This document shows positions 8,220 to 16,055 of a DNA stretch of 20,733 nucleotides, one piece after another; the stretch's first letter is position 1; each line of letters begins with the position of its first letter. Source of the stretch: Candidatus Nanohalobium sp. (GTDB lineage: Archaea > Nanohalarchaeota > Nanosalinia > Nanosalinales > Nanosalinaceae); NCBI GenBank assembly GCA_042217555.1, contig JBDGSL010000013.1, forward strand, positions 1-20,733. The letters are read 5' to 3'. Position numbers and translations under genes: made by a program. The notes beneath the pieces were generated by a model that saw only the letters and a program-made list of their open reading frames with translations, searched no databases and had not been told where the DNA came from.

Positions 8220-9338
8220 ATGAGCAAGACAGTACTGGTGACCGGCGGAGCAGGATTCATAGGATCACATATCGTGGACAGATACCTGGAGAAAGGATAC
8301 GAGGTAAAGGTGTTCGACAGCTTCGAGCAGCAGGTGCACAACGGAGAGATACCAGAACACCTGAACGAGGACGCCGAGTACATAGTAGGAGACATGAGGG
8401 ATAAAGAGGCTCTGAAAGAAGCTCTGGAGGGCGTCGATATAGTATCGCACCAGGCCTCATGGGTCGGCGTAGGCCAGAGCATGTACGAGATAGCAGGGTA
8501 CACGGACGCCAACGTCCTGGGCACAGCCAACCTCTGGGATATCATCGTCAACGAGGACGATATAGAGATCGAGAAAGTCGTCGTCGCCTCCTCGATGAGC
8601 AACTACGGGGAAGGCAAGTACAGCTGCGAAGAACACGGGGTCGTCTACCCCGACCTGAGGAGCGAGGAACAGATGGACAGGGGAGAATGGGAGCAGAAAT
8701 GCCCTGAATGCGGGGAGACCGTGGAACCTGTCCCGACCGACGAGGAGAAACCACTGGAACCTAACTCCGTCTACGCGATGACGAAGAGAGACCAGGAAGA
8801 GATGTCCCTACTGCTCGGAAAAACCTACGGCGTCGACGTCGTATGCCTCAGATACTTCAACGTCTACGGCCCGAGACAGAGCCTTGACAACCCGTACACA
8901 GGTGTCGCCGCGATCTTCTCCTCAAGGATCAAGAACAGGAACCCGCCGCTGATATACGAGGACGGGGAACAGACCAGGGACTTCGTCTACGTCAAGGACA
9001 TCGTCCAGGCCAACATGCTCGCCACCGAGAAAGACGTGTCCAACGAGGTCTACAACGTCGGAACCGGCGACAGGATAACCATCCGGAACCTCGCAGAGAA
9101 ACTAATAGAACTCCACGGAGCAGACCTCGAACCGGAGATAGCCGACGAGTTCAGAGCAGGAGACATAAGACACTGCTTCGCCGACATCTCCAAGATAAAA
9201 GAAGACCTCGGCTACGAACCCGAATACACCCTCGAAGAAGGCATGAAAGAACTCTTCAAATGGGCCAAACAACAGGAAGCAGAAGACAACTTCGACCAGG
9301 TACAGGAAGAACTGGAGGAAGAAGGCCTGGTAGACTGA
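8220..9338 (+). CDS. NAD-dependent sugar epimerase (extended SDR), WbiB/dTDP-L-rhamnose 4-epimerase-like, with a CxxH...CxxC insert
   Basis: TGGAGFIGSH, QQVH, GVGQS, SSMSNYGEG, YAMTK, NVYGPRQSLDNPYTGVAAIF, YEDGEQTRDFV, FRAGDIRH. Confidence 0.85.
   Translation: MSKTVLVTGGAGFIGSHIVDRYLEKGYEVKVFDSFEQQVHNGEIPEHLNEDAEYIVGDMRDKEALKEALEGVDIVSHQASWVGVGQSMYEIAGYTDANVLGTANLWDIIVNEDDIEIEKVVVASSMSNYGEGKYSCEEHGVVYPDLRSEEQMDRGEWEQKCPECGETVEPVPTDEEKPLEPNSVYAMTKRDQEEMSLLLGKTYGVDVVCLRYFNVYGPRQSLDNPYTGVAAIFSSRIKNRNPPLIYEDGEQTRDFVYVKDIVQANMLATEKDVSNEVYNVGTGDRITIRNLAEKLIELHGADLEPEIADEFRAGDIRHCFADISKIKEDLGYEPEYTLEEGMKELFKWAKQQEAEDNFDQVQEELEEEGLVD
8244..8269 (+). repeat. 26-bp exact direct repeat, copy 2
   Basis: Identical to 7298-7323. 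Confidence 0.9.
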
Positions 9339-10693
9339 TGGGCCGAGACCCCAACATCCTCTTCATCGTTATCGACGCCCTGAGATACGATTCCCTGTCG
9401 ATAACCGGTTACAGGAGGAACGGGAGGAAGACGACGCCCAACATAGACGAACTATCCAAGCACTCCACCTTCTACACCGAGGCAATAGCGACAGGGCCTT
9501 CCACGAACCATTCACAGACCTCCCTGATGACAGGCCTGTACCCATCCAACATGGATTATGCAGGAGCCCACACCGAGCTTAAAGATAAAACATCTACACT
9601 GGCTGAAGACCTGAAGCAGGAAGGTTACAGCACCCTCGGGATACACACGGCGATGCTGAACAGGGACGAGGCCTTCGGAAGAGGATTCGACGAGTACTAC
9701 GAAGCGGTCAACATGCCGAAGTTCAAGCTGGAGAAGGACTACATCACTTCAGGAGTCTACAACCTGCTCCTAGGGAAGGACAGTAGGACCCGGCACAAGA
9801 ACAGGATACTCAGGAGATACATCGGAAACGAGGAACACCATCCATTCTTCTCCTACATCTGCTACACCAACACCCATAACCCATACAGAGCCACCAGGAA
9901 GTTCAGGAAAAAGTTTGAGAGAGACGTGGAAAAGGATATGAACGAGGAACTGATAGATTACATCTCAGGACCTGGAAGCCCGAACAGAGCTATCGCCGAG
10001 TCCGGAGGCCTTTCAGAGGACGAAAGGGATGTGATAAGATCAAGGTACGACGCAGGCCTCGCCTACCTCGACTACCGCCTCGGCAGACTTTTCTCGTACA
10101 TGAAGGAGCAGGGCATCTACGACGACACGATGATCATCGTGACCTCCGATCACGGGGAGCTCTTCGGTGAGGACGGCCTTTTCTACCACGCGTTAAGCAC
10201 GAGGCAGGAGCTGCTCCATGTACCGCTGATAGTGAAGGAGCCGAACCAGGAAGAAGGGGAGGTCGTCGAGGAACCTGTCTCGCTGATAGATCTCTACCCG
10301 ACGATCCTCGAAAAGGCAGGCATAGACCTTGAAGACGTAGAGTTCGACGGGAAGGCCCTGACAGAGGAAGCAGAGAGGATACCTCTATCTGAGATGGCAT
10401 CGCCCAAGAAAGAGAGGATATCCGACCTGAAGGAGAGGGGTGTCGAGAACCCGGAGAAGTTCGATAAAGGGAAGAAGATAGCACAGGACCGTGACTTCAA
10501 GCTGGTGAAGACCTCGAAGGGCGGGAAGAAACTGATAGATAAGGCTTCAGGCGAAGAGATGGAGAACAGTGAAGCGGAGGAGAAACTCCAGGAAGCGATA
10601 GAGGAAGGCCTCTCAGGCTTCTGGTCCGGAGAAGAAAGTATAGAGACAGAGGAAGAGATAAAGGAGGAATTGGAAAAGCTCGGATACTTCTGA
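9338..10693 (+). CDS. Sulfatase-like hydrolase/transferase (AlkP superfamily)
   Basis: Start reassigned to ATG 9338 (TGATG coupling). PNILFIVIDALRYD, TTPNID, GPSTNHSQTSLMTG, NTHNPY, TSDHGE, LLHVPL, IDLYPTI, C-terminal LEKLGY. Confidence 0.88.
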   Translation: MGRDPNILFIVIDALRYDSLSITGYRRNGRKTTPNIDELSKHSTFYTEAIATGPSTNHSQTSLMTGLYPSNMDYAGAHTELKDKTSTLAEDLKQEGYSTLGIHTAMLNRDEAFGRGFDEYYEAVNMPKFKLEKDYITSGVYNLLLGKDSRTRHKNRILRRYIGNEEHHPFFSYICYTNTHNPYRATRKFRKKFERDVEKDMNEELIDYISGPGSPNRAIAESGGLSEDERDVIRSRYDAGLAYLDYRLGRLFSYMKEQGIYDDTMIIVTSDHGELFGEDGLFYHALSTRQELLHVPLIVKEPNQEEGEVVEEPVSLIDLYPTILEKAGIDLEDVEFDGKALTEEAERIPLSEMASPKKERISDLKERGVENPEKFDKGKKIAQDRDFKLVKTSKGGKKLIDKASGEEMENSEAEEKLQEAIEEGLSGFWSGEESIETEEEIKEELEKLGYF

Positions 10694-12103
10694 CTATATA
10701 TCCACGTCGAGAAGATCCTCATCGAAGCTGTAATCGTCTCTCAGAAGATGCTCAAGTACTTCTCCCCTGTCGATATCGACCTCGCCCTCCAGGGCCTGTA
10801 AGGTGGGAGCTATATCCCTGTAGGAGGCCTCCAAAGTTTCTCCCTGGCTGAAGTCCGGTCCAATCCCTGCCAGAAGGCCGTGCTCGTCGTGGACGACCGC
10901 GGAGGTCCTGTGGAAATCCACGTTGTACGGCTCTCCTCCTATCACGGTTCCTTTCTCCGCTTTCACGAGCAGATCAGGCATCTTCCTGTTCTCCCTGAAG
11001 CTCTCGGGACCCCATACCTCCTCGATGTACTTCACGTCCTTGAGAGAGGTCTTAACCTCTTCCGCCTTCGCTTCGCTGTCCTCCACGGCTCCCTGGTCGA
11101 ACCTGCAGTCGTTTATCCAGACAGCACCGTACCTGGAGACGCCTGAGATATAGCAGAAGGCCTCTGTCTTCTCTCTGTCCAGGGCCGGCAGTATCGTGGA
11201 CTGCGTGTGCTGCGGGTCTTTTCCCGTGAAGCTGCTGTATATATCAAGGAGCTTCTTCACCTCCTGCTTGAGGCCGAGGTTCACGAGCAGCGAGCCGACC
11301 TTTTCCTCGACCTTTCTCAGGGGCGAGGACTCTTCCTCACCGTACCTCAGGAAGCCTTTCTCCCTCAGAACGTTGTTCAGGTACAGCTTTTTCTCGGTCT
11401 GCATGGAGCCGTGGTCGGACAGGACCACGACGTTGTGTTCATCCGAGAACCTGTCGAGAAGCTTTCCCAGGAACTTGTCCGCCTTCCTGTAGACTGAGAA
11501 GAGCTCCTCCTGGTCGTCAACGTTGTGCATATGAGTATCTATAAGCCGGAAGACGGAGAAGGCCGTCGAGAACTCTTTCTCGTCCAGCAGGTAACTGAAC
11601 ACCTCGAAGTTCTCCGAGAAATTGTTGCTGGCGATCTCCTTCTTGTCCCTGCGTCCACCGCTCATCTCCTGTATATCGGGATCGACCTCGGAGGCTATCT
11701 CCTCCCCCAGTGACTCGGGCTCGTAGTCCATCATCTCGCCCTGGATGAAGCCGGACACCATCGGCCCCTCTATCGGGTACTTCGGAGTAGAGCCGGGGAC
11801 GCGGAAGCTGATAGGCCTCTCGACGGAATCGAGCAGAGTCCTTCCCCTGAAATGGGTCGAGTTCACCACCTGTATATAGAACTCCTCGAAATCTATCGTC
11901 CTGAAATCGTAGGCGTCGAAGTCGGAGGGAGATCTTCCGGAGAAGATGCACATCCAGGCCGGGACAGTGATCGGCGGCTCGGTGCTCCTGAACCTTCCGA
12001 AGAAACCTTTCTCCTTCAGCCTCCTGAAGTTGGGCAGATCATCAATCCACCTCTCGATCAGCTCAGGATCCGCTCCGTCCAGCCCGAAAATCACTGTTCC
12101 CAT
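10694..12103 (-). CDS. Type I phosphodiesterase/nucleotide pyrophosphatase-like protein (AlkP superfamily)
   Basis: Start reassigned to ATG 12103. FGLDGA, LPNFRRL, STEPPITVPAWMCIFSG, DTHMH, LSDHG, HDEHG, DIAPT. Confidence 0.88.
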   Translation of the reverse strand: MGTVIFGLDGADPELIERWIDDLPNFRRLKEKGFFGRFRSTEPPITVPAWMCIFSGRSPSDFDAYDFRTIDFEEFYIQVVNSTHFRGRTLLDSVERPISFRVPGSTPKYPIEGPMVSGFIQGEMMDYEPESLGEEIASEVDPDIQEMSGGRRDKKEIASNNFSENFEVFSYLLDEKEFSTAFSVFRLIDTHMHNVDDQEELFSVYRKADKFLGKLLDRFSDEHNVVVLSDHGSMQTEKKLYLNNVLREKGFLRYGEEESSPLRKVEEKVGSLLVNLGLKQEVKKLLDIYSSFTGKDPQHTQSTILPALDREKTEAFCYISGVSRYGAVWINDCRFDQGAVEDSEAKAEEVKTSLKDVKYIEEVWGPESFRENRKMPDLLVKAEKGTVIGGEPYNVDFHRTSAVVHDEHGLLAGIGPDFSQGETLEASYRDIAPTLQALEGEVDIDRGEVLEHLLRDDYSFDEDLLDVDI

Positions 12104-12156
12104 ACGGTTAGAGGAGGCATCAGTTCTTTTATAGTTTTGAAGAAACCACCTCATTC
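12104..12156. promoter_or_regulatory. Bidirectional TATA element
   Basis: TTTTATAG (12127-12134) reads TATAAAAG on the minus strand (12126-12133). It is ~22 nt from both GTG 12157 and ATG 12103. Confidence 0.6.
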
Positions 12157-13707
12157 GTGGCTGACGAAAAAGAAAAGAGCAGGACCCTGAAGAAGATATT
12201 CGCCGGCGGAAGCGTGATGTTCTTCGCGGTCATCGTATCGAAAGTCCTCGCACTGACCTACCGCCTGATAACGGGACGTTTCCTCGGACCCGAGGACTAC
12301 GGCGTCATCACACTGATGATGACAGTCTACTCCACGGTCACCACCTTCGCATACCTCAGCATACAGGAAGGAGTCCAGAAATATGTCTCCGAGTACAGGG
12401 GGACAGGGAACCACAGCAGGATCAAGGGAACTATCTACTCAGGCCTCTCCATGATACTTCTGATAAGCAGCATAGTGGGCATAGGCCTCTTCCTCGCCTC
12501 GAAGTTCATAGCGATAAACATATTCGACGAAAAGGCCGCCGTATGGCCGATCAGGTTCGTGGGCCTCTCCCTTCCGTTCCTCGGAGTCATGAAGACGTTA
12601 ACGAACGTCGCAGAAGGCTACGAGAAGATGAAGCCGACGGCCTACACAGGGCAGATATCTGTGAACGTGATAAAGGTAGCACTGACCGCGGCACTGGTTT
12701 ACCTTGGTTTCGGATACCTTGGAGCAGCCTTCGCGTTCAGCTTCTCAATAGTGTGCGGAGCAGCTATCGCCTACTACTTCTACCGGAACATCATACCCGA
12801 AGAAGTCTTGGAAAGCGAGGCGGAGTTCAACCACAGGGAGCTAGCCTATTTCTCGGCGCCCCTGGTGGCTGGAGGCGTCTTTGGCGTCATATCGAGACAG
12901 ATAGACACCTACATGGTTCAGTACTTCCTCGGAACCAGCAAAGTAGGCCTCTACAACGCTGCTTACCCCTTCGCCATGCTGGTGTACAGCTTCTCAGCGG
13001 TCTTCTCATCGGTATTCATGTCCGCAGCATCGAGGCTCCGGTCACAGGGCGACAAGGAGATAAACGCGGAGATATTCAGATCTGTTACGAAATGGATATC
13101 AGGCCTCAGCGTACCCGTATTCCTGATCCTGTTCTTCTTCCCTGAGACAGCTCTCATCTTCTTCGGGAAAGGCTACTACGGAGCAGCCGAGGCCCTGAAG
13201 ATACTGTCGGTCGGCTTCCTCCTCTCGGCGATAACAGGGCCTGTGACGGATATCTACCAGGCTCACGACAGCACACACCTGAACTTCTTGACCTCTGCGA
13301 TACTTGCGATCTCCAACCTTGTCCTGAACTACATGTTTATAGCTGTCCTGGGATACGGTATAGAAGGAGCGGCGATAGCCACGACACTGAGCTTCGGAAT
13401 AACAGCAGTATTCAACGTCTACATGAGCTACAGGTTCACCGGCAGGTTCCCCTTCAAGCTCTCCACGTTCAAGATATGGGTCGCAGGCGTCATCGCAATA
13501 ACGGTGCCTTTCGTCATATCGAACCAGCTGTTCAAGGTCACACCCAGATGGTTCTTCCCGATAGACCTAGCGCTGTTCGGAGGCCTCTACGCGTTCATGA
13601 TAGGTTTCGGCGGCATACTCACGCAGGAGGACAGGATAATAATAGAGGCGATACTCAGGAAAGTAGGCCTCGACGACAAGTACGCAGAGCTACTCAGGTA
13701 CAGCTAG
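12157..13707 (+). CDS. Oligosaccharide flippase (Wzx/MOP superfamily, AglR-like)
   Basis: 516 aa with many hydrophobic segments. RFLGPEDYG, IDTYMV..LGTSKVGLYNAA, YGIEGAAIAT. Confidence 0.92.
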   Translation: MADEKEKSRTLKKIFAGGSVMFFAVIVSKVLALTYRLITGRFLGPEDYGVITLMMTVYSTVTTFAYLSIQEGVQKYVSEYRGTGNHSRIKGTIYSGLSMILLISSIVGIGLFLASKFIAINIFDEKAAVWPIRFVGLSLPFLGVMKTLTNVAEGYEKMKPTAYTGQISVNVIKVALTAALVYLGFGYLGAAFAFSFSIVCGAAIAYYFYRNIIPEEVLESEAEFNHRELAYFSAPLVAGGVFGVISRQIDTYMVQYFLGTSKVGLYNAAYPFAMLVYSFSAVFSSVFMSAASRLRSQGDKEINAEIFRSVTKWISGLSVPVFLILFFFPETALIFFGKGYYGAAEALKILSVGFLLSAITGPVTDIYQAHDSTHLNFLTSAILAISNLVLNYMFIAVLGYGIEGAAIATTLSFGITAVFNVYMSYRFTGRFPFKLSTFKIWVAGVIAITVPFVISNQLFKVTPRWFFPIDLALFGGLYAFMIGFGGILTQEDRIIIEAILRKVGLDDKYAELLRYS

Positions 13708-14549
13708 ATATCAAGGCCTTCAATATCCTCGGACTCTATGCTCTTCTCACCGTCCTTCACGACATGCCACGGGACCTCACGGAGCTCGGCCGCGTTCAAA
13801 CCGTACAGGTGGCCATAAAGGCTGTATTCACCGAGCAGCTCCCCGTGATCTGCCGTCACAACTATCTTCCCGTCCAGGTTCTCCTTTATCCTCTCGATCT
13901 CGGGGAGGACGACCTCGATATTGTCCCTGTAAGCCTGGTCCAGATCCTCGAAACTTTTCTCACCCCTCCAGACCTCCTCGAAGGCCCAGTCACCCTCGGT
14001 GTTGATGTAGGGCTTGTGAGGCTGCATGAAATGGATCACCTTCCTCTTCCCAGGGAACTTATCCTCCATCTCGATCGCCGAATCCGTCACCTTCCCAGGA
14101 GGAACGACACCCAGATCATCGTCCCAGTCATCCAGAGTAAGGTGCTCGACACGGTGGAAAACACCGTCCGGCTCCCTGCCCGTCGCCTCCTCGAAGTTGC
14201 TCGGGGAGAGATGACCGTTGGCCGAAATATAGACTATATCCGAGAAATCACCCTCGCTGTAGTTCTCACTGAAGTACTCCCGGGAATGGCTCGCCCTCGA
14301 AACCCTCTTCCCTACCTCGGGAAAGAACTCACTGTAGAAATCGTAACGACACGCATCCAGGATGATCAGGACATCCCAGTCACGCTCGTAAGGAGAAAAA
14401 ACCTCTCCCTCAGGCCTGTCCACCACAAGATCGTTCAAAAGGCCCAGGAACTTGTTCACCTGGAAAGCACCGGGCAGGTCCTTAACCTTGGGGAGAACCC
14501 TGAAGGAGTACCAGCTTCTCAGACGCCCCAGAAAAGTACCCTCCTTCAC
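13704..14549 (-). CDS. Short AlkP-core (sulfatase-like) protein
   Basis: WDVLIILDACRYD, SRASHSRE, HFMQPHKPY, VTADHGELLGE, YGH, LREVPW. Confidence 0.85.
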   Translation of the reverse strand: MKEGTFLGRLRSWYSFRVLPKVKDLPGAFQVNKFLGLLNDLVVDRPEGEVFSPYERDWDVLIILDACRYDFYSEFFPEVGKRVSRASHSREYFSENYSEGDFSDIVYISANGHLSPSNFEEATGREPDGVFHRVEHLTLDDWDDDLGVVPPGKVTDSAIEMEDKFPGKRKVIHFMQPHKPYINTEGDWAFEEVWRGEKSFEDLDQAYRDNIEVVLPEIERIKENLDGKIVVTADHGELLGEYSLYGHLYGLNAAELREVPWHVVKDGEKSIESEDIEGLDI

Positions 14550-14555
14550 AGGCCT

Positions 14556-15419
14556 TCACACATCGATATCCTCGACTTCTTCCTGGTTTGTAAGCTCAAG
14601 AACCTTATCATGGAAATCCGTGATATGCGGAGTCCTGTCACCGAAAAGCTCATGGTTACAGGAATAGAATGCATTTTCATTATGACCTCCATTTTCTACA
14701 TCAGGAAGACCGTGATCGCTCATGAAGATAACAGTATCGAAACCGTTCTCCTCCGCCTTCTCCAAGATCTCGCCAGCGAACTCATCCATCTCACGGTAGG
14801 TCTCCTCCACCTTATCCATCTTACCCACCTCCCAGAACCAGTGATGGATATGATCCGGCTTGTGGAAATGCGCCATGATCAAGTCATGACCTTCCTCCAT
14901 CTCGTCGAAGAGTTCCCGCTTCTTCCACTCCGTGAAACGATCCAGCTCCTCCACAGCATGGCTCAGACCGTTCTCGTCAAGTATCCCCATTAGATCGACG
15001 TTGTAACCAACGCTGTAGGAAGGAACATCGATAGCCTTCGAGTTAGACACCTTATCGAACAGGGCCGGAGACCTGAGATCCTCACGCGTAAAAGAGGTCC
15101 TTCCGCCCTCGAAGAACGGAACCTGCTCGTAAAAACTCCGCCTGAGGCCTGAAAACTTCTTGAAAAACCTGTAGCGGTTCAGAGAATTCTCGAAACTGTT
15201 CAACCAGTCCTTCTTGTGCTTCCCAAGGCCTAAAGCACCGTGCTCCTCCCAGGTCTCACCCGTGATAAACGAAGCAAAAAGCTCCGTAGTAACCACAGTA
15301 TTCACCCCGGAAGTATTATCGATAGTCCCGAACTCCTCCTGAGGAACATTCTCCAAACCAAACTCCTGAATCAACTCATAATCCAAGCCATCAAAAGCGA
15401 TTATCAAGACTTTATCCAT
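14556..15419 (-). CDS. AlkP superfamily protein (NPP-like, short form)
   Basis: Start reassigned to ATG 15419. KVLIIAFDGLD, TTELFASFITG, HKPDHIHH, MSDHG, GGHNENAFY. TTTAATTG box ~21 nt upstream. Confidence 0.85.
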   Translation of the reverse strand: MDKVLIIAFDGLDYELIQEFGLENVPQEEFGTIDNTSGVNTVVTTELFASFITGETWEEHGALGLGKHKKDWLNSFENSLNRYRFFKKFSGLRRSFYEQVPFFEGGRTSFTREDLRSPALFDKVSNSKAIDVPSYSVGYNVDLMGILDENGLSHAVEELDRFTEWKKRELFDEMEEGHDLIMAHFHKPDHIHHWFWEVGKMDKVEETYREMDEFAGEILEKAEENGFDTVIFMSDHGLPDVENGGHNENAFYSCNHELFGDRTPHITDFHDKVLELTNQEEVEDIDV

Positions 15420-15469
15420 AGTCCTAAAATTGTCTCCAATCAATTAAATCCGTTCCGTATACCCAAGAT

Positions 15470-15490
15470 ATTTCTATCATACATAGAAAT
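15470..15490. promoter_or_regulatory. Inverted repeat ATTTCTAT-N5-ATAGAAAT (candidate operator)
   Basis: Perfect 8-bp arms ending 7 nt before the rmlC ATG. Confidence 0.45.
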
Positions 15491-15497
15491 TTATGTT

Positions 15498-16055
15498 ATG
15501 CCCTTCGAATTCAAGGAAGCTGAACTCAAAGACGTAAAGATAGTAAAACCGGAGGTCTTTGAAGATGAAAGAGGCTTCTTCATGGAGACCTATGTAAAAG
15601 AAAAATTCAAGGAGAGGGGAATAGATACCGAATTCGTACAGGAAGGTCATTCTAAATCAGAGCAAGGGGTACTCAGAGGCCTACACTATCAAAAAGGAGA
15701 ACACGCACAGGCAAAACTGGTCAGATGCACGAGAGGAGTGATAATAGATGTGATAGCAGACCTCAGGAAAGACTCCAAAACTTTTGGAGAAACACTTAAA
15801 GTCATACTATCTGAACACAACAAAAAGATGCTCTGGATACCACAAGGATTTGCCCATGGCTTCTACACCCTCAGCGAAACAGCAGAGGTACAATATAAAC
15901 TTAACAGTGGCTATAAACCTGAAAAAGAGGCTGGAATAATCTGGAAAGATCCCGAACTGGATATCGACTGGCCCGACAACAATCCGAAACTTTCTCATAA
16001 AGATGAAGACTGGCCGACATTAGAAGAAGCTAAGAAAGAAAGATTACTTTTCTAG
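15498..16055 (+). CDS. rmlC: dTDP-4-dehydrorhamnose 3,5-epimerase
   Basis: Start reassigned to ATG 15498 (MPFEF). FEDERGFFMETY, GVLRGLHYQ, QAKLVRC, DLRKDSKTFG, IPQGFAHGF, IDWP, LSHKD. Confidence 0.95.
   Translation: MPFEFKEAELKDVKIVKPEVFEDERGFFMETYVKEKFKERGIDTEFVQEGHSKSEQGVLRGLHYQKGEHAQAKLVRCTRGVIIDVIADLRKDSKTFGETLKVILSEHNKKMLWIPQGFAHGFYTLSETAEVQYKLNSGYKPEKEAGIIWKDPELDIDWPDNNPKLSHKDEDWPTLEEAKKERLLF

Noticed and set aside
9260..9337. N-terminal extensions in the ORF track (also 12104-12154, 15240-15497, 15420-15443, 18149-18208, 19461-19478)
   Set aside because: They overlap neighbouring genes or promoters; the downstream starts match family N-termini and TATA spacing.
12543..13145. 200-aa alternative-frame ORF and the other short overlapping ORFs
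   Set aside because: Arg/Ser/Pro-rich frame shadows of well-supported genes.
14547..14558. Possible TGA read-through fusing the two in-frame AlkP genes; short CCTTCACA duplication
   Set aside because: Each gene is a complete domain with its own tail, and a one-in-three frame coincidence is unremarkable.
13476..14993. 505-aa plus-strand ORF
   Set aside because: Antisense shadow of two in-frame minus-strand AlkP genes; Leu/His/Val-rich, non-acidic, no motifs.
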